Part shown: positions 8,118 to 17,673 of the stretch, piece after piece
Position numbering within the stretch: position 1 is the first letter of the stretch
Layout: the number at the start of each line of letters is the position of its first letter
Virus record (IMG/VR): IMGVR_UViG_3300048861_000272
Coordinates: 1-37,662 of that record
DNA: 37,662 nucleotides
Direction: 5' to 3' (one strand)
Source: a virus
Taxonomy: Duplodnaviria; Caudoviricetes
Program-made: the position numbers and the translations under genes
Notes under the pieces: model-generated
The model's input: only the letters and a program-made list of their open reading frames with translations
What the model was told of the DNA's origin: nothing
The model's database searches: none

Positions 8118-8585
8118 ATGGCAGGCCTGAACAAAGTCACCCTCATCGGCCGCCTTGGCGCGGACCCGGAGAGCAAGTCGTTCCAGAACGGCGGTAAGGT
8201 CGTGAACCTGCGCCTCGCCACGAGCGAGGCGTGGAAGGACAAGACCAGCGGCGAGCGCAAGGAACGCACCGAATGGCACCAGATCGCGATCTTCAACGAA
8301 GGGCTGGCGGGCATTGCCGAGCGGTTCCTGCGCAAGGGATCGCAATGCTACGTTGAGGGTCAGCTCGAAACGCGCAAGTGGCAGGATCAGTCGGGCAACG
8401 ATCGCTACAGCACCGAAGTTGTGCTGCGTCCGTTCAACGGTGCGATCGTGCTGCTCGACAAGGCGGAGGCCGGTGCATCGCAGGGCCGTGAGGATCGCAC
8501 CTATGGGCAGGATCGGCGTACCGCGCAGCAGGCGATGGGCGAGATGCGCAGCGTGGCCGATCTTGACGACGACGTGCCGTTTTGA
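8118..8585 (+). CDS. ssb: Single-stranded DNA-binding protein
   Basis: NKVTLIGRLGADPE...TEWHQI...YVEGQLETRKW and the C-terminal DDDVPF tail. Confidence 0.97.
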   Translation: MAGLNKVTLIGRLGADPESKSFQNGGKVVNLRLATSEAWKDKTSGERKERTEWHQIAIFNEGLAGIAERFLRKGSQCYVEGQLETRKWQDQSGNDRYSTEVVLRPFNGAIVLLDKAEAGASQGREDRTYGQDRRTAQQAMGEMRSVADLDDDVPF

Positions 8586-8596
8586 GGAGCACCAGC

Positions 8597-8809
8597 ATGA
8601 CCACCATCGCCACCAGCAAGCGGGGGAGGCCTGCGCGTACGTGGGACGACATCGCGACGATCCCCGACGATCACCGGGACGGACGCGACGTGCTGCTGTG
8701 GGCGGGCTATCTGGTCATCGCATCCTGGTGCGACGGCTGGCGCGATACGGTCGGCCGCGAGATTGCCGGCGTCTCCGCGTGGGCCGATGTGGAAGGGCCT
8801 GGCACATGA
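8597..8809 (+). CDS. Hypothetical protein, 70 aa (W...P..HRDGRDVLLW type)
   Basis: GAGGAG SD before ATG 8597; coupled to the next gene. Confidence 0.65.
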   Translation: MTTIATSKRGRPARTWDDIATIPDDHRDGRDVLLWAGYLVIASWCDGWRDTVGREIAGVSAWADVEGPGT

Positions 8810-9033
8810 CCGACATCAGCGACCATGCGGTCCTGCGGTATCTGGAGCGCGTGAAGGGCGTGGACATCGCCGCTGTCCGTGCCGAGATGGTGACGCCCGC
8901 TCTTGCTACTGCTGACGAGTTCGGTGCGCCTGTCCTGATCGGCCGTCATGGCGAGCGGATGATCATCCGGGAGGGGATTGTCGTCACGGTGTTGGCGAAG
9001 GCCCGGTATGCGGGCGTGAGGGTGAACAAGTGA
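8806..9033 (+). CDS. Hypothetical protein with SDHAVLRYLER motif (RelE-like-fold small phage proteins)
   Basis: ATGA coupling; MTDISDHAVLRYLERVKG...IIREGIVVTVL. Confidence 0.7.
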   Translation: MTDISDHAVLRYLERVKGVDIAAVRAEMVTPALATADEFGAPVLIGRHGERMIIREGIVVTVLAKARYAGVRVNK

Positions 9034-9641
9034 GGCCGCAACCGCCCGAGGATCTTCTGTCATCCGCTGGCGACCGCTTCATGGTTGCCGGGGATCTTCG
9101 CGACTGGATTGTTGGCACCTTCGTCGATGACGACGGGGAGCTGACCAACCCCGATCATGCTCATCTTGCAGAGGCAGATATCGGCGTGCTGTGGACCAAC
9201 TGCGCCAACGCCAAGAACATGCGCGCCGTCATCGGGCTGGCCGAGCTTATGCCGCCTATGGCGATGGGGAAGTGGCAAAGGGCCCGAGCTCTACAGCAGA
9301 TCGAGGAATGGTTCGGTGAGGTGCCTGACTTCCTGATCACCATCTCGGCACCGGATGCCGCTGCAATGGACGACGCCAGCTTCTGCGCTCTGATCGAGCA
9401 CGAGCTATACCACTGCGCGCATGCCCGGGACATGTACGGGATGCCGAAGTTCACCAAGGAAGGCCGGCCGGTATTCGCGATGCGTGGGCATGACGTTGAA
9501 GAGTTCGTCGGTGTCGTCGCTCGCTACGGCGTGACCGATCATCAGGTGCAGGCGATGGTGGACGCGGCGAACCGGCGCCCGACCGTAGCGCTGGCAGACA
9601 TTCGTGGTGCGTGCGGCACCTGTGCATTGAAGGCGGCTTGA
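9030..9641 (+). CDS. Putative phage metallopeptidase
   Basis: ALIEHELYHC HExxH motif and RGHDVEEFVGVVARYG; usual position before the terminase genes. Confidence 0.85.
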   Translation: MRPQPPEDLLSSAGDRFMVAGDLRDWIVGTFVDDDGELTNPDHAHLAEADIGVLWTNCANAKNMRAVIGLAELMPPMAMGKWQRARALQQIEEWFGEVPDFLITISAPDAAAMDDASFCALIEHELYHCAHARDMYGMPKFTKEGRPVFAMRGHDVEEFVGVVARYGVTDHQVQAMVDAANRRPTVALADIRGACGTCALKAA

Positions 9642-9643
9642 CT

Positions 9644-10114
9644 ATGGCGGCGAATCTCCCCGAGATGACGGACGAGGTGAAAGCCTTTGTAATACAGAGT
9701 CTTGCGTCGTTCGACACGCCCACGCAGGTGGTCGAGTCCGTCAAGGCTGAGTACGGGATTACCCTGACCGCGCAGAACGTCCAGAACTACGACCCGACCA
9801 AGTATTCCGGACGCAAGCTCGCCGAGAAGTGGCGACTGATGTTCGAGAAGGCGCGCAAGGCGTTCGTCGAGGACTCGTCCAGCATCCCGATCGCACATCG
9901 CTCTACCCGGCTGCGCGCGCTTCAGCGCATGGCGGCCAAGGCCGAAAGCATGAAGAACTTCCCACTCGCCGCGCAGCTTCACAAGCAGGCGGCGGAGGAG
10001 ATGGGCAACGCCTATACCAACCGGCGCGAGCTGACCGGCAAGGATGGCAAGGATCTGCCCGCCGCCGCCCCTGCGGTTGCTGTGTTCGCCCTGCCCGATA
10101 ACGGCCGGGGATGA
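9644..10114 (+). CDS. Terminase small subunit (DUF2280-like)
   Basis: VKAFVIQSLASFDTPTQVVESVK...YDPTK...YTNRRELTGKDG; directly upstream of the large subunit. Confidence 0.85.
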   Translation: MAANLPEMTDEVKAFVIQSLASFDTPTQVVESVKAEYGITLTAQNVQNYDPTKYSGRKLAEKWRLMFEKARKAFVEDSSSIPIAHRSTRLRALQRMAAKAESMKNFPLAAQLHKQAAEEMGNAYTNRRELTGKDGKDLPAAAPAVAVFALPDNGRG

Positions 10115-11520
10115 ACGCCCACGCTGCGATCCTGCCGGCTATCGTGCCCGGTAGGACGATCGTCCCGCAGGAAGGTCCGCAATCCACCTTTCTGGCATCA
10201 CCAGCCGATATCGCGATCTATGGGGGTGCGGCAGGCGGCGGCAAGACGTGGGCGTTGCTCATGGAGCCCCTGCGCCATGTCCATGTGCCCGGCTTTGGCG
10301 CCGTCACGTTCCGCCGCTCGACGGTCCAGATCCGCAATGAGGGCGGACTGTGGGACGAGAGCGCAGTGCTCTACCCGCAGATGGGCGCCGAACCGAAAGA
10401 ACATGTCCTAACGTGGTCGTTTCCATCTGGCGCCTCGTGCAGCTTCGCTCATCTCGAGCACGACAAGACACGATTCAACTGGCAGGGCTCGCAGATCCCA
10501 CTCATCAACTTCGACGAGCTGACGCACTTCACCCCGGTGCAGTTCTGGTACATGGTCAGCCGCAACCGCTCGATGTGTGGCGTTCGTCCATACATCCGGG
10601 CGACCTGCAACCCCGACGCGGATAGCTGGGTCGCCGACCTTATCGCATGGTGGATTGATCAGGACACCGGGCAAGCGATTGCCGAACGGGCCGGCAAGCT
10701 GCGCTGGTTCGTCCGCGTCGGCGAGGATCTGAAATGGGCCGACGATCCGGCTGACCTCGCCTGTTATACGATGCTGAGTGAGACCGGCGAGCAGGTGCCC
10801 ATCCCCGCCAAGTCGCTGACCTTCGTGCCGGCCAAGTTGACGGACAACAAGGCGCTGATGGCGGCTGATCCTGGCTACATGGCGTCGCTGCTCGCTCTGC
10901 CGCTGGTGGAGCGCGAACGCCTACTCGGCGGCAACTGGAAGATTAGGCCAGCGGCGGGGCTGTATTTCCAGCGGGCATGGTGTCGCGTCGTCGATGCCGT
11001 TCCGGCTGGGACGGTGTGGGGGCGCGGCTATGATCTTGCCGCCACGCCGCCGACGCCCGACAATCCGGATCCAGACGCAACGGCCTCGGTGCGGGTCGGC
11101 CGCACCCCTGACGGCCGCTACATCGTGGGCGATTGTCGGACCGTGCAGACGACCCCGGCTGGTGTCGAGCGCTTCATTCTCAACACCGCCTCGGATGACG
11201 GATATCAGGTCGAGATATCGTTGCCTCAGGATCCCGGCCAAGCCGGCAAGAGCCAGGTGGCGCAGCTCGTGAAGATGCTCAGCGGCTACATCGTGCGATC
11301 GTCCACAGAGACGGGCGACAAGGTGACGCGGTTCGGGCCGTTCTCCGCACAAGCGGAAGCGGGCAACGTCGATGTGCTGCGCGGCCCGTGGAACGAGAGC
11401 TGGTTCACCGCGCTAGAGGGTTTCCCGGTGGCGAAGCACGACGACGAAGCTGACGCGACATCGCGGGCGTTCGAAGTTGTCTCGCTGCAACAGGCCGGCG
11501 GCTGGATCATGACCCGTTAG
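10111..11520 (+). CDS. terL: Terminase large subunit
   Basis: Walker A GGAAGGGKT, Walker B FDELT, ATCNP, and nuclease motifs GYDLA and HDDEADA. Confidence 0.95.
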   Translation: MNAHAAILPAIVPGRTIVPQEGPQSTFLASPADIAIYGGAAGGGKTWALLMEPLRHVHVPGFGAVTFRRSTVQIRNEGGLWDESAVLYPQMGAEPKEHVLTWSFPSGASCSFAHLEHDKTRFNWQGSQIPLINFDELTHFTPVQFWYMVSRNRSMCGVRPYIRATCNPDADSWVADLIAWWIDQDTGQAIAERAGKLRWFVRVGEDLKWADDPADLACYTMLSETGEQVPIPAKSLTFVPAKLTDNKALMAADPGYMASLLALPLVERERLLGGNWKIRPAAGLYFQRAWCRVVDAVPAGTVWGRGYDLAATPPTPDNPDPDATASVRVGRTPDGRYIVGDCRTVQTTPAGVERFILNTASDDGYQVEISLPQDPGQAGKSQVAQLVKMLSGYIVRSSTETGDKVTRFGPFSAQAEAGNVDVLRGPWNESWFTALEGFPVAKHDDEADATSRAFEVVSLQQAGGWIMTR

Positions 11521-11561
11521 CACGCAAGATTATTGCCGAACGGCGCAACATGACGTAACTA
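11521..11561 (+). promoter_or_regulatory. Late-promoter motif copy 1 (upstream of portal, apparently leaderless)
   Basis: GCAAGATTATTGC at 11524-11536, with GTAA starting 31 nt after its first G. Same geometry at 20365 and 26458. Confidence 0.65.
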
Positions 11562-11567
11562 TGCGAT

Positions 11568-12959
11568 ATGGGCGCTCAGCAATCCCTCGTCGCAAATATG
11601 GCTGGTGCCGTACGTGCTCGCTTGGCCCGCGTGTTTCCCTCCGCTTATGGTCTCAACGCCAAGCACGACTACAGCAAGGATTACGGCTGGCCCGAGGATC
11701 TGACGTTCGATCACTTTTACAAGATGTACACGCGGTCGAGCATCGCAGCGGCCGGCGTGGACAAGACGATCGGCAAGACGTGGCAGACCATGCCGGCGCT
11801 TTGGGAAAGTGAGACGCCGAGTCAAAGTCCTGCCGAGACGGCTATCGCCAAGCACTTCGCCAAGCGAAACCTGTGGCGCGCCCTGATGGACGCCGACCGT
11901 CGGTCTATGGTCGGTAACTACGCGGGCGCCATCCTCGTCCTGCGTGACGGGCAGAGGCTGGACCAGCCGGTGGCCCGCGTCCCCGCCGGCATCGAGAACG
12001 TCGTCTCCATCATCCCAGCATGGGAAGGTCAGCTTACCGTTGCCGATTGGGATCAAGATCAGACCAGCGACACCTACGGCGAGCCGACCTATTTCCAGTT
12101 CGATGAGCAGGCGGTCGGTTGCACGACCAATAAGGGCAAGAGCCAAGTCCGCATTCACCGCGACCGCATCCTGATCTGGTCCGACGACGGCACGCTGAAC
12201 TGCCGATCGGCGCTGGAGCCGGGCTACAACGACGTGTCGGATGCCGAGAAGATCAAGGGCGCCGGCGGCGAAGGTTTCTGGAAGTCGTCGCGCGGCGCCC
12301 CGATCATCGAAGCGCCGAAAGGTCTGTCGCCGCAGGACGTACAGCGCGGCATGGGGCTCGCTACACCCGGCGATGTCATCGACAAGCTGAACGAGCAGGT
12401 GGACGATTTCCAGTCTGGCTTCGACAAGGCGTTGATGCTCGGCGGGTTCAGCGTCTCGCCGCTGACGATCACCCTGCCCCAGCCCAAGGAGTTCTGGGAG
12501 CCGTGCGTGCAGTCGTTCGCGGCCTCGCTGTCGATTCCCTACAAGGAACTGGTAGGCAACATCACGGGCGAGCGCGCTAGCACGGAGGATGCCGAGGGCT
12601 GGTCTCGCACCAACATGTCCCGCCGCGCCAACCGCGTGCTGCCCATCCTGAACGAGATGATCGATCGCTTCGTGCGGTGGGGCATCCTTGAGGCCAAGCC
12701 GTGGGTGATCGGCTGGGACGACCTGCTCGACGCCTCGCCGGACCAGAAAATCGCGCGCGCTGTCCAGATGGCAACCATCAATCAGCAGCTCGGCGCCGAG
12801 CCCGCGTTCCTTCCCGACGAAATCCGAGAGGCGGCGGGGTTCAAGCCGTCTGACGAGGTGGGGGGCTTCGACGAGTTCATGGCCGAGCGTGCCGCACGAC
12901 AGCAACAGACGGCTGAAGATGGGCCGACCGAGGCGATTCCGAATGAGGACCAGCAATGA
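11568..12959 (+). CDS. Portal protein (DUF1073-like)
   Basis: Position and size; DYGWPE, GEPTYFQF, RIHRDR and GERASTED motifs. Confidence 0.88.
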   Translation: MGAQQSLVANMAGAVRARLARVFPSAYGLNAKHDYSKDYGWPEDLTFDHFYKMYTRSSIAAAGVDKTIGKTWQTMPALWESETPSQSPAETAIAKHFAKRNLWRALMDADRRSMVGNYAGAILVLRDGQRLDQPVARVPAGIENVVSIIPAWEGQLTVADWDQDQTSDTYGEPTYFQFDEQAVGCTTNKGKSQVRIHRDRILIWSDDGTLNCRSALEPGYNDVSDAEKIKGAGGEGFWKSSRGAPIIEAPKGLSPQDVQRGMGLATPGDVIDKLNEQVDDFQSGFDKALMLGGFSVSPLTITLPQPKEFWEPCVQSFAASLSIPYKELVGNITGERASTEDAEGWSRTNMSRRANRVLPILNEMIDRFVRWGILEAKPWVIGWDDLLDASPDQKIARAVQMATINQQLGAEPAFLPDEIREAAGFKPSDEVGGFDEFMAERAARQQQTAEDGPTEAIPNEDQQ

Positions 12960-14101
12960 CCAAGACCGTCCGCGTCAACGTTCGCCACGCTATCAACAGC
13001 GCCGACATCCGCCGCGAACGCCGTGATGGCAGGGACTACCTTGTGGTGCCGAGCGCCACCATGCCCGATGGCATCGTCATGAACCGGGTGCGCTACCCGG
13101 CTGACGAAATCGCCAAGTCATACAGCTCGCTGGAGAACACCCCGGCACCGCTCGGCCACCCGACGATCGAGGGCGCCTTCGTGTCCGCCAAGGATCCGGA
13201 AGGACTAGCTCGTGGCTGGGTAGGCGCGTGGAACCGCAACGTTCGCCGCGAGAATGGCCGCGTGAAGCTGGACAAGGTGATCGACGTTGCGACCGCCAAT
13301 CAACTCGACGGCGGCAAGACCGTGCTGGCCGCGATCGACAAGGGCAACCCGATCCACAGCAGCACTGGCCTCTACGCCATCATGACGGCGGTCCAGAACG
13401 ATCCTGACGTGGATTGGGAGGCGTCGGACATCGTGTTCGACCACGATGCCATCCTGGTCGGCGAGGATGGCGCGGCGACGCCAGCGCAGGGTGTCGGGCT
13501 TATGGTGAACGCGGCGGCGGGCCCTACGGGTGACAAGATCGACGTGATCAACTGCTCGATCGAGGACGACATCGATCGCGATCTTGCATGGTCGGCGGAA
13601 AGCATGTTGCGCGCTGTTGAAAGAAAAGAACGTTTACCGTTGCTAGAGCGCATCATTCAGCTTATGATGGGCATCGGCAAGGGCGACCCGACGCCTGCGG
13701 ATCCAGAGGGCGATGCCCCAAGCGACGAAGAGGTCACGATGGACAAGGCGCAGTTCGACGCACTCTCGGGGGAGGTCAAGGCGCTGTCCGATGGCCTCGC
13801 GGGTCTGGGCGAGAAGATCGCAACGGCGGTCGGCAACGCCCTCAAGCCGGTCATCGACGCGCAGGCCGCGCGCGACAAGGCCGACAAGGACAGGGCCGAC
13901 GCCGAACATGCCGTGCTGGTCAACAAAGTCGTCGAAGCTGAGCTTCTGACCGAGGATCTGGCCAAGGCCTCGCCCGCCCCGGTGCTGAACGCCCTGCTCG
14001 AAAAGGGCAAGACGCCAACCGCCGCTTTCCGCGTCAACGGAGCCTTCAAGCCGCAGGCCAGCAAGACTGACCGCGCCGCACTGGCGCCCAAGGGGGAGTA
14101 A
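12956..14101 (+). CDS. Prohead protease/scaffold (DUF2213-like)
   Basis: PAPLGHP, SSTGL and FDHDAIL...GAATP motifs followed by a helical scaffold-like C-terminus. Confidence 0.8.
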   Translation: MTKTVRVNVRHAINSADIRRERRDGRDYLVVPSATMPDGIVMNRVRYPADEIAKSYSSLENTPAPLGHPTIEGAFVSAKDPEGLARGWVGAWNRNVRRENGRVKLDKVIDVATANQLDGGKTVLAAIDKGNPIHSSTGLYAIMTAVQNDPDVDWEASDIVFDHDAILVGEDGAATPAQGVGLMVNAAAGPTGDKIDVINCSIEDDIDRDLAWSAESMLRAVERKERLPLLERIIQLMMGIGKGDPTPADPEGDAPSDEEVTMDKAQFDALSGEVKALSDGLAGLGEKIATAVGNALKPVIDAQAARDKADKDRADAEHAVLVNKVVEAELLTEDLAKASPAPVLNALLEKGKTPTAAFRVNGAFKPQASKTDRAALAPKGE

Positions 14102-14107
14102 CCGGCT

Positions 14108-14557
14108 ATGGCTCGCTACAACAAGATTCTTCGCGGCCCGGTGGACAAGAACAAGCCGCAGGTGCGCGAATTGGTGTGCGCCGCTGCGGTCCTCCCCGGA
14201 ACGGCGGTCGTGATCAACGCGGGTGCGTTCGTCCAGGCTGGCGCCAACGCAACTGGCCAGGTCTATCTGGTGCAGGACAACTACCTCGCCATGAAGGGCG
14301 TCGATGACGCATGGCCGGCGGGTGATCGCATCATCGGCATCCATGTCGAGGATGACGAGTTGGTGGCGGTTCGCATCCCCACCGGCACCAGCATCGTGGC
14401 AGGCGACCCGCTCACCACCAACGCGGCGGGCAAGTTCGTCAAGGCCACGACTGGCCAGCGCACGCTCTATTGGGCGCTGGAGACCTACAACAACACGTCT
14501 GGCGTCGATCAGGTCATCTCCGCGCGGTTGGCCATCACCAACCTGCCTGCGGCGTAA
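14108..14557 (+). CDS. Head decoration/cement protein
   Basis: 149-aa beta-rich protein (GDPLTTNAAGKFVKA) between the protease and the major capsid gene. Confidence 0.75.
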   Translation: MARYNKILRGPVDKNKPQVRELVCAAAVLPGTAVVINAGAFVQAGANATGQVYLVQDNYLAMKGVDDAWPAGDRIIGIHVEDDELVAVRIPTGTSIVAGDPLTTNAAGKFVKATTGQRTLYWALETYNNTSGVDQVISARLAITNLPAA

Positions 14558-14571
14558 GGGGGACTACGGAA

Positions 14572-15606
14572 ATGCGTTATTTCGACGGCACCCTGATCGC
14601 AAATTCCCGGCCGCACGCCGCGTGGTGGAACGAGGTCAACGATGACCGCGACTATTTCCACGCGACTGAGGACAACCTCAGCGCCGTGTCCAACGCCGCG
14701 TCCGTGCTGCCGCGCGATGCGTGGCTGGAGCTCGACGACATTACCCGCCGCGTGATGCGTGGTGACGAAGGCTCGGTCTGGATGAACGACCTGATGCCGC
14801 TGGCCAAGCCGGTGAACATCGGCAAGCTCGTCCACCTGAACCGCGTGTCGTCCGACGCCGGCACGGTGATCCGCAGCATGTCCGGCCAGGTTCCGGTTCC
14901 CATGGACAAGGTGGTCTACGATTACCGGGGCACCGTCATCCCGCTCTTCCACACCGCCTATGGGCGCGAGTGGCGCGAGTGGAACACGCAGCAGTCGGAG
15001 AATTTCGACGCGCTGTCGGACGATCAGGAGGCGCATACCGCCAAGATCAAGCGCGACATGGCGTTGTACGTCCTGAACGGTGACGCCTCGATCGTTTTTC
15101 AGGGGTATACCGGCTGGGGCATCCGCAACCACCCGCTTTCCAAGTCGATCAACGTCGGCGCCTCGGGCAACAACATCAACCTGACCACCGCGACGCCGGA
15201 TGCGCTCGACGCGTTCTTCACCGGCCCGTTCGGCGCGCTGCTCGACGCCAGCTTCATCGCGGGCGGGGTCAACCTCTACATCTCGCCGGAAATCGCGCGG
15301 GCCTGGGACAAGACCTATTCGGGCTCGGCGGGCTTCAAGGACGGCACCACGCTGGACTTCCTGCTCAAGAACCGCCGCATCAACAAGATCGCGGTTTCGT
15401 TCGAGCTGTCGGGCAACGAGTTCTTCTGGTTCGTGCCCAACGCCGACTACATCCGTCCGCTGATCGGCATGGCCGTGGCGACGACCGCGATCCCGCGCGA
15501 TCGGCCGCGCGCCAACTACAACTTCGATGTCTGCGGCGCGATGGGTCTCGAAATCCGGGCGGATTACAGCAACCGCACGGGCGTCGGCTATTCGGTCAGC
15601 GTCTGA
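14572..15606 (+). CDS. Major capsid protein
   Basis: 344 aa from ATG 14572; GREWRE, GIRNHP and GAMGLEIRAD motifs; position. Confidence 0.88.
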   Translation: MRYFDGTLIANSRPHAAWWNEVNDDRDYFHATEDNLSAVSNAASVLPRDAWLELDDITRRVMRGDEGSVWMNDLMPLAKPVNIGKLVHLNRVSSDAGTVIRSMSGQVPVPMDKVVYDYRGTVIPLFHTAYGREWREWNTQQSENFDALSDDQEAHTAKIKRDMALYVLNGDASIVFQGYTGWGIRNHPLSKSINVGASGNNINLTTATPDALDAFFTGPFGALLDASFIAGGVNLYISPEIARAWDKTYSGSAGFKDGTTLDFLLKNRRINKIAVSFELSGNEFFWFVPNADYIRPLIGMAVATTAIPRDRPRANYNFDVCGAMGLEIRADYSNRTGVGYSVSV

Positions 15607-15623
15607 GCGGAAGGAGGAACGAC

Positions 15624-15830
15624 ATGAGCATCCGCATCCGCATTACCGGCGCTGGGATCCACGGCAAGCCAACCGACGAGAACCCGACCGGCGAATACCC
15701 GATCGGCTACGAGTTCGACACCGACGCCGAGTTCCCCGAGGGGTGGGCCGGCCGCGCCGAAATCGTCCAAGGCCAGCCGAAGGCCGGTTCCAAGCCCGTC
15801 ACGAACGAGGGTGACAAGGCCAAGGCCTGA
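15624..15830 (+). CDS. Small head-region protein
   Basis: AGGAGG SD, 68 aa, immediately after the capsid gene. Confidence 0.75.
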   Translation: MSIRIRITGAGIHGKPTDENPTGEYPIGYEFDTDAEFPEGWAGRAEIVQGQPKAGSKPVTNEGDKAKA

Positions 15831-15853
15831 CCCGCCTCAATAGGAGCAAGGCC

Positions 15854-16231
15854 GTGGCCCTTCGACGTTTCCTTCTGGCCGTCGCGGGTGCTGCGGCCTT
15901 CTCTTTTGCCGCACATGCGCAGGTCGCAGGCCTGGCGAACCGCGTCATCACCAAGACCAGCTTGGCGGCCAACACATTGGCGACGATTTGCCCGGCGCCG
16001 ACCGTCGAGCCGATCAAGACCGAGATATTCTTCACCGTCTCGGGCGTCGGCATCAGCTTCAACGGGGGCACGCTGACGACGGCGACGGTCGGCACGGCGG
16101 CAAACACCACGCCCGATTGGGCAACGACTGCGGCTGGAGCCTATTACCTGTTCCCGGTCGTGCCAGCGAACGCCATCACCGCCTATGGCGCGGCCGGCAT
16201 GATCGTCTGCGTCCAGACGCTGAGGCAGTGA
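15854..16231 (+). CDS. Signal-peptide-bearing small beta-rich protein
   Basis: AGGAG SD; MALRRFLLAVAGAAAFSFAAHA|Q fits a Sec signal with an A-x-A site; two Cys in the mature part. Confidence 0.75.
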   Translation: MALRRFLLAVAGAAAFSFAAHAQVAGLANRVITKTSLAANTLATICPAPTVEPIKTEIFFTVSGVGISFNGGTLTTATVGTAANTTPDWATTAAGAYYLFPVVPANAITAYGAAGMIVCVQTLRQ

Positions 16232-16776
16232 TGAGGCGGCTTGCTCTCATCTCCGCTCTGCTGGCGGCTCCCGCTCCCGCTCAGGTCGTCTATCCGCCTG
16301 CCACGCTCGATACCTCTCAGGTCGCGAGCAAGGCTGATGTTCAGGCTGCGGCTGACAAGGCGGCTGCGGCTCAAGCAGCAGCAGCAGCGGCCTGTGTCGC
16401 CACGCCCAGTATCCCACCAACGGAGATGCCAGGCGGCGCAGCCGGCACGAACACTGGTCAATGCCGGCCGGTGAACGCGGTGCAACCGCGCATTACCCGC
16501 GTGCGCCCGTTCAACACCGTCACTGGCGGCACTTCGCCGATAACCTATCAGGACATCGGTACGACCGATCTTGGCGTGATCGTGACGGTCAACATACCGA
16601 CGAATCCACTCACCCCGATCCCGACCTGCGGACCTCTGGCTGGCTCCATCACAGCCACGGGCCTCACGGTCAAATGCACGGTTCCCATCGTCAATCTCGG
16701 CATCATTGGGATTTCGGCCGCTCCGGCAGGTACGACCGGCTCAGTTACGGTCCTGCCCAACACGCCTGCAAGCTGA
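16231..16776 (+). CDS. Signal-peptide-bearing fibre/lectin-like protein
   Basis: TGATG coupling at both ends; MRRLALISALLAAPAPA|Q signal, Ala-rich helix, Thr/Pro-rich beta C-terminus, four Cys. Confidence 0.75.
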   Translation: MRRLALISALLAAPAPAQVVYPPATLDTSQVASKADVQAAADKAAAAQAAAAAACVATPSIPPTEMPGGAAGTNTGQCRPVNAVQPRITRVRPFNTVTGGTSPITYQDIGTTDLGVIVTVNIPTNPLTPIPTCGPLAGSITATGLTVKCTVPIVNLGIIGISAAPAGTTGSVTVLPNTPAS

Positions 16777-17276
16777 TGGCCTCCTACGGCACCGACGATG
16801 GCTTCGCCGCATGGCTCGCCGAGCAGGGCTACGACTTGCCGGACAACGCGCCCGCGCCTGCTGTCCTGCGCGCGCGGGGCAGCGCCTATGTCGATGGGTA
16901 TGAGGCCTATTGGACCGGGCAGCGCACGGGCGGCGTGATGCAGGAGCTCGGCTGGCCTCGCGTCGGTGCCGTGTTGAACTGCATCGCCGCGATTCCCGAT
17001 GATGCCATTCCGCCGGTCGTCGTGAACGCGGCGTATCGTGCGGCATGGCTGGAGGCGTCGGCGCCGGGCACGCTGGCGGGGCCGGCGGTCACGACCGGCG
17101 CGCGCGTCCAGAGCGAACGCGTCGAAGGGGCTGTCGAAATCTCCTATTTCAACGATGGCAAGGCCGCAATCGGCGCCGGTCCATCGTTCGTGGACAGCCT
17201 GATCGATGGCTGGCTATCGGCGTTCATCTGCAACGACCAGAAGAACGCCGCCTTCCTGTGGACGTTGGGAAGCTGA
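16776..17276 (+). CDS. Head-tail adaptor
   Basis: RGSAYVDG..YWTGQRTGGVMQELGWPR...VQSERVEGAVEISY, typical of adaptors often labelled 'DnaT-like'. Confidence 0.8.
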   Translation: MASYGTDDGFAAWLAEQGYDLPDNAPAPAVLRARGSAYVDGYEAYWTGQRTGGVMQELGWPRVGAVLNCIAAIPDDAIPPVVVNAAYRAAWLEASAPGTLAGPAVTTGARVQSERVEGAVEISYFNDGKAAIGAGPSFVDSLIDGWLSAFICNDQKNAAFLWTLGS

Positions 17277-17277
17277 G

Positions 17278-17673
17278 GTGGCTGACTTCTACGACAGGAT
17301 GGCAGGCGTCGCGACGCGGCTCCTCGCGCCGACCAGCCAAGGCGGATTGGGCCAAGGATCGATCGAGCTCGTGCGCTACGTCGATGGCCCGCCTCCCGTT
17401 CATGAATGGGACCCGCCTTCCCCATCGTCTCGGCAGGTCGCGGTCCTGAACGGCGTGGCGCGAGGCGTCGGCAAGGAATTGATCGGGACGCCGGTTCAGA
17501 CCGGCGGGCAGATAGTGGCGACGGACCTGCAAGCGATCGTCGCGCCTTGGGGCGGCTCCTACGATCCTGCGGACGTGCTGGAGATAGACGGCTCGCCCGT
17601 CACCATCCTCAAGGTGGAGAACGTCCCCGCCGCCGGCACCGTCTGCGCGGTCAAGTTCGTGGTGCGCCGGTGA
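17278..17673 (+). CDS. Head closure protein
   Basis: GTG start at 17278; ADFYDRMAGVATRLL...VPAAGTVCAVKFVVR; position. Confidence 0.75.
   Translation: MADFYDRMAGVATRLLAPTSQGGLGQGSIELVRYVDGPPPVHEWDPPSPSSRQVAVLNGVARGVGKELIGTPVQTGGQIVATDLQAIVAPWGGSYDPADVLEIDGSPVTILKVENVPAAGTVCAVKFVVRR

Noticed and set aside
11568-12959. Anti-CBASS Acb1 label sometimes attached to DUF1073 proteins
   Set aside because: Size, position after terL and motifs fit a portal; no other portal candidate exists.
16776-17276. DnaT-like ssDNA-binding replication protein
   Set aside because: Synteny indicates a head-tail adaptor.
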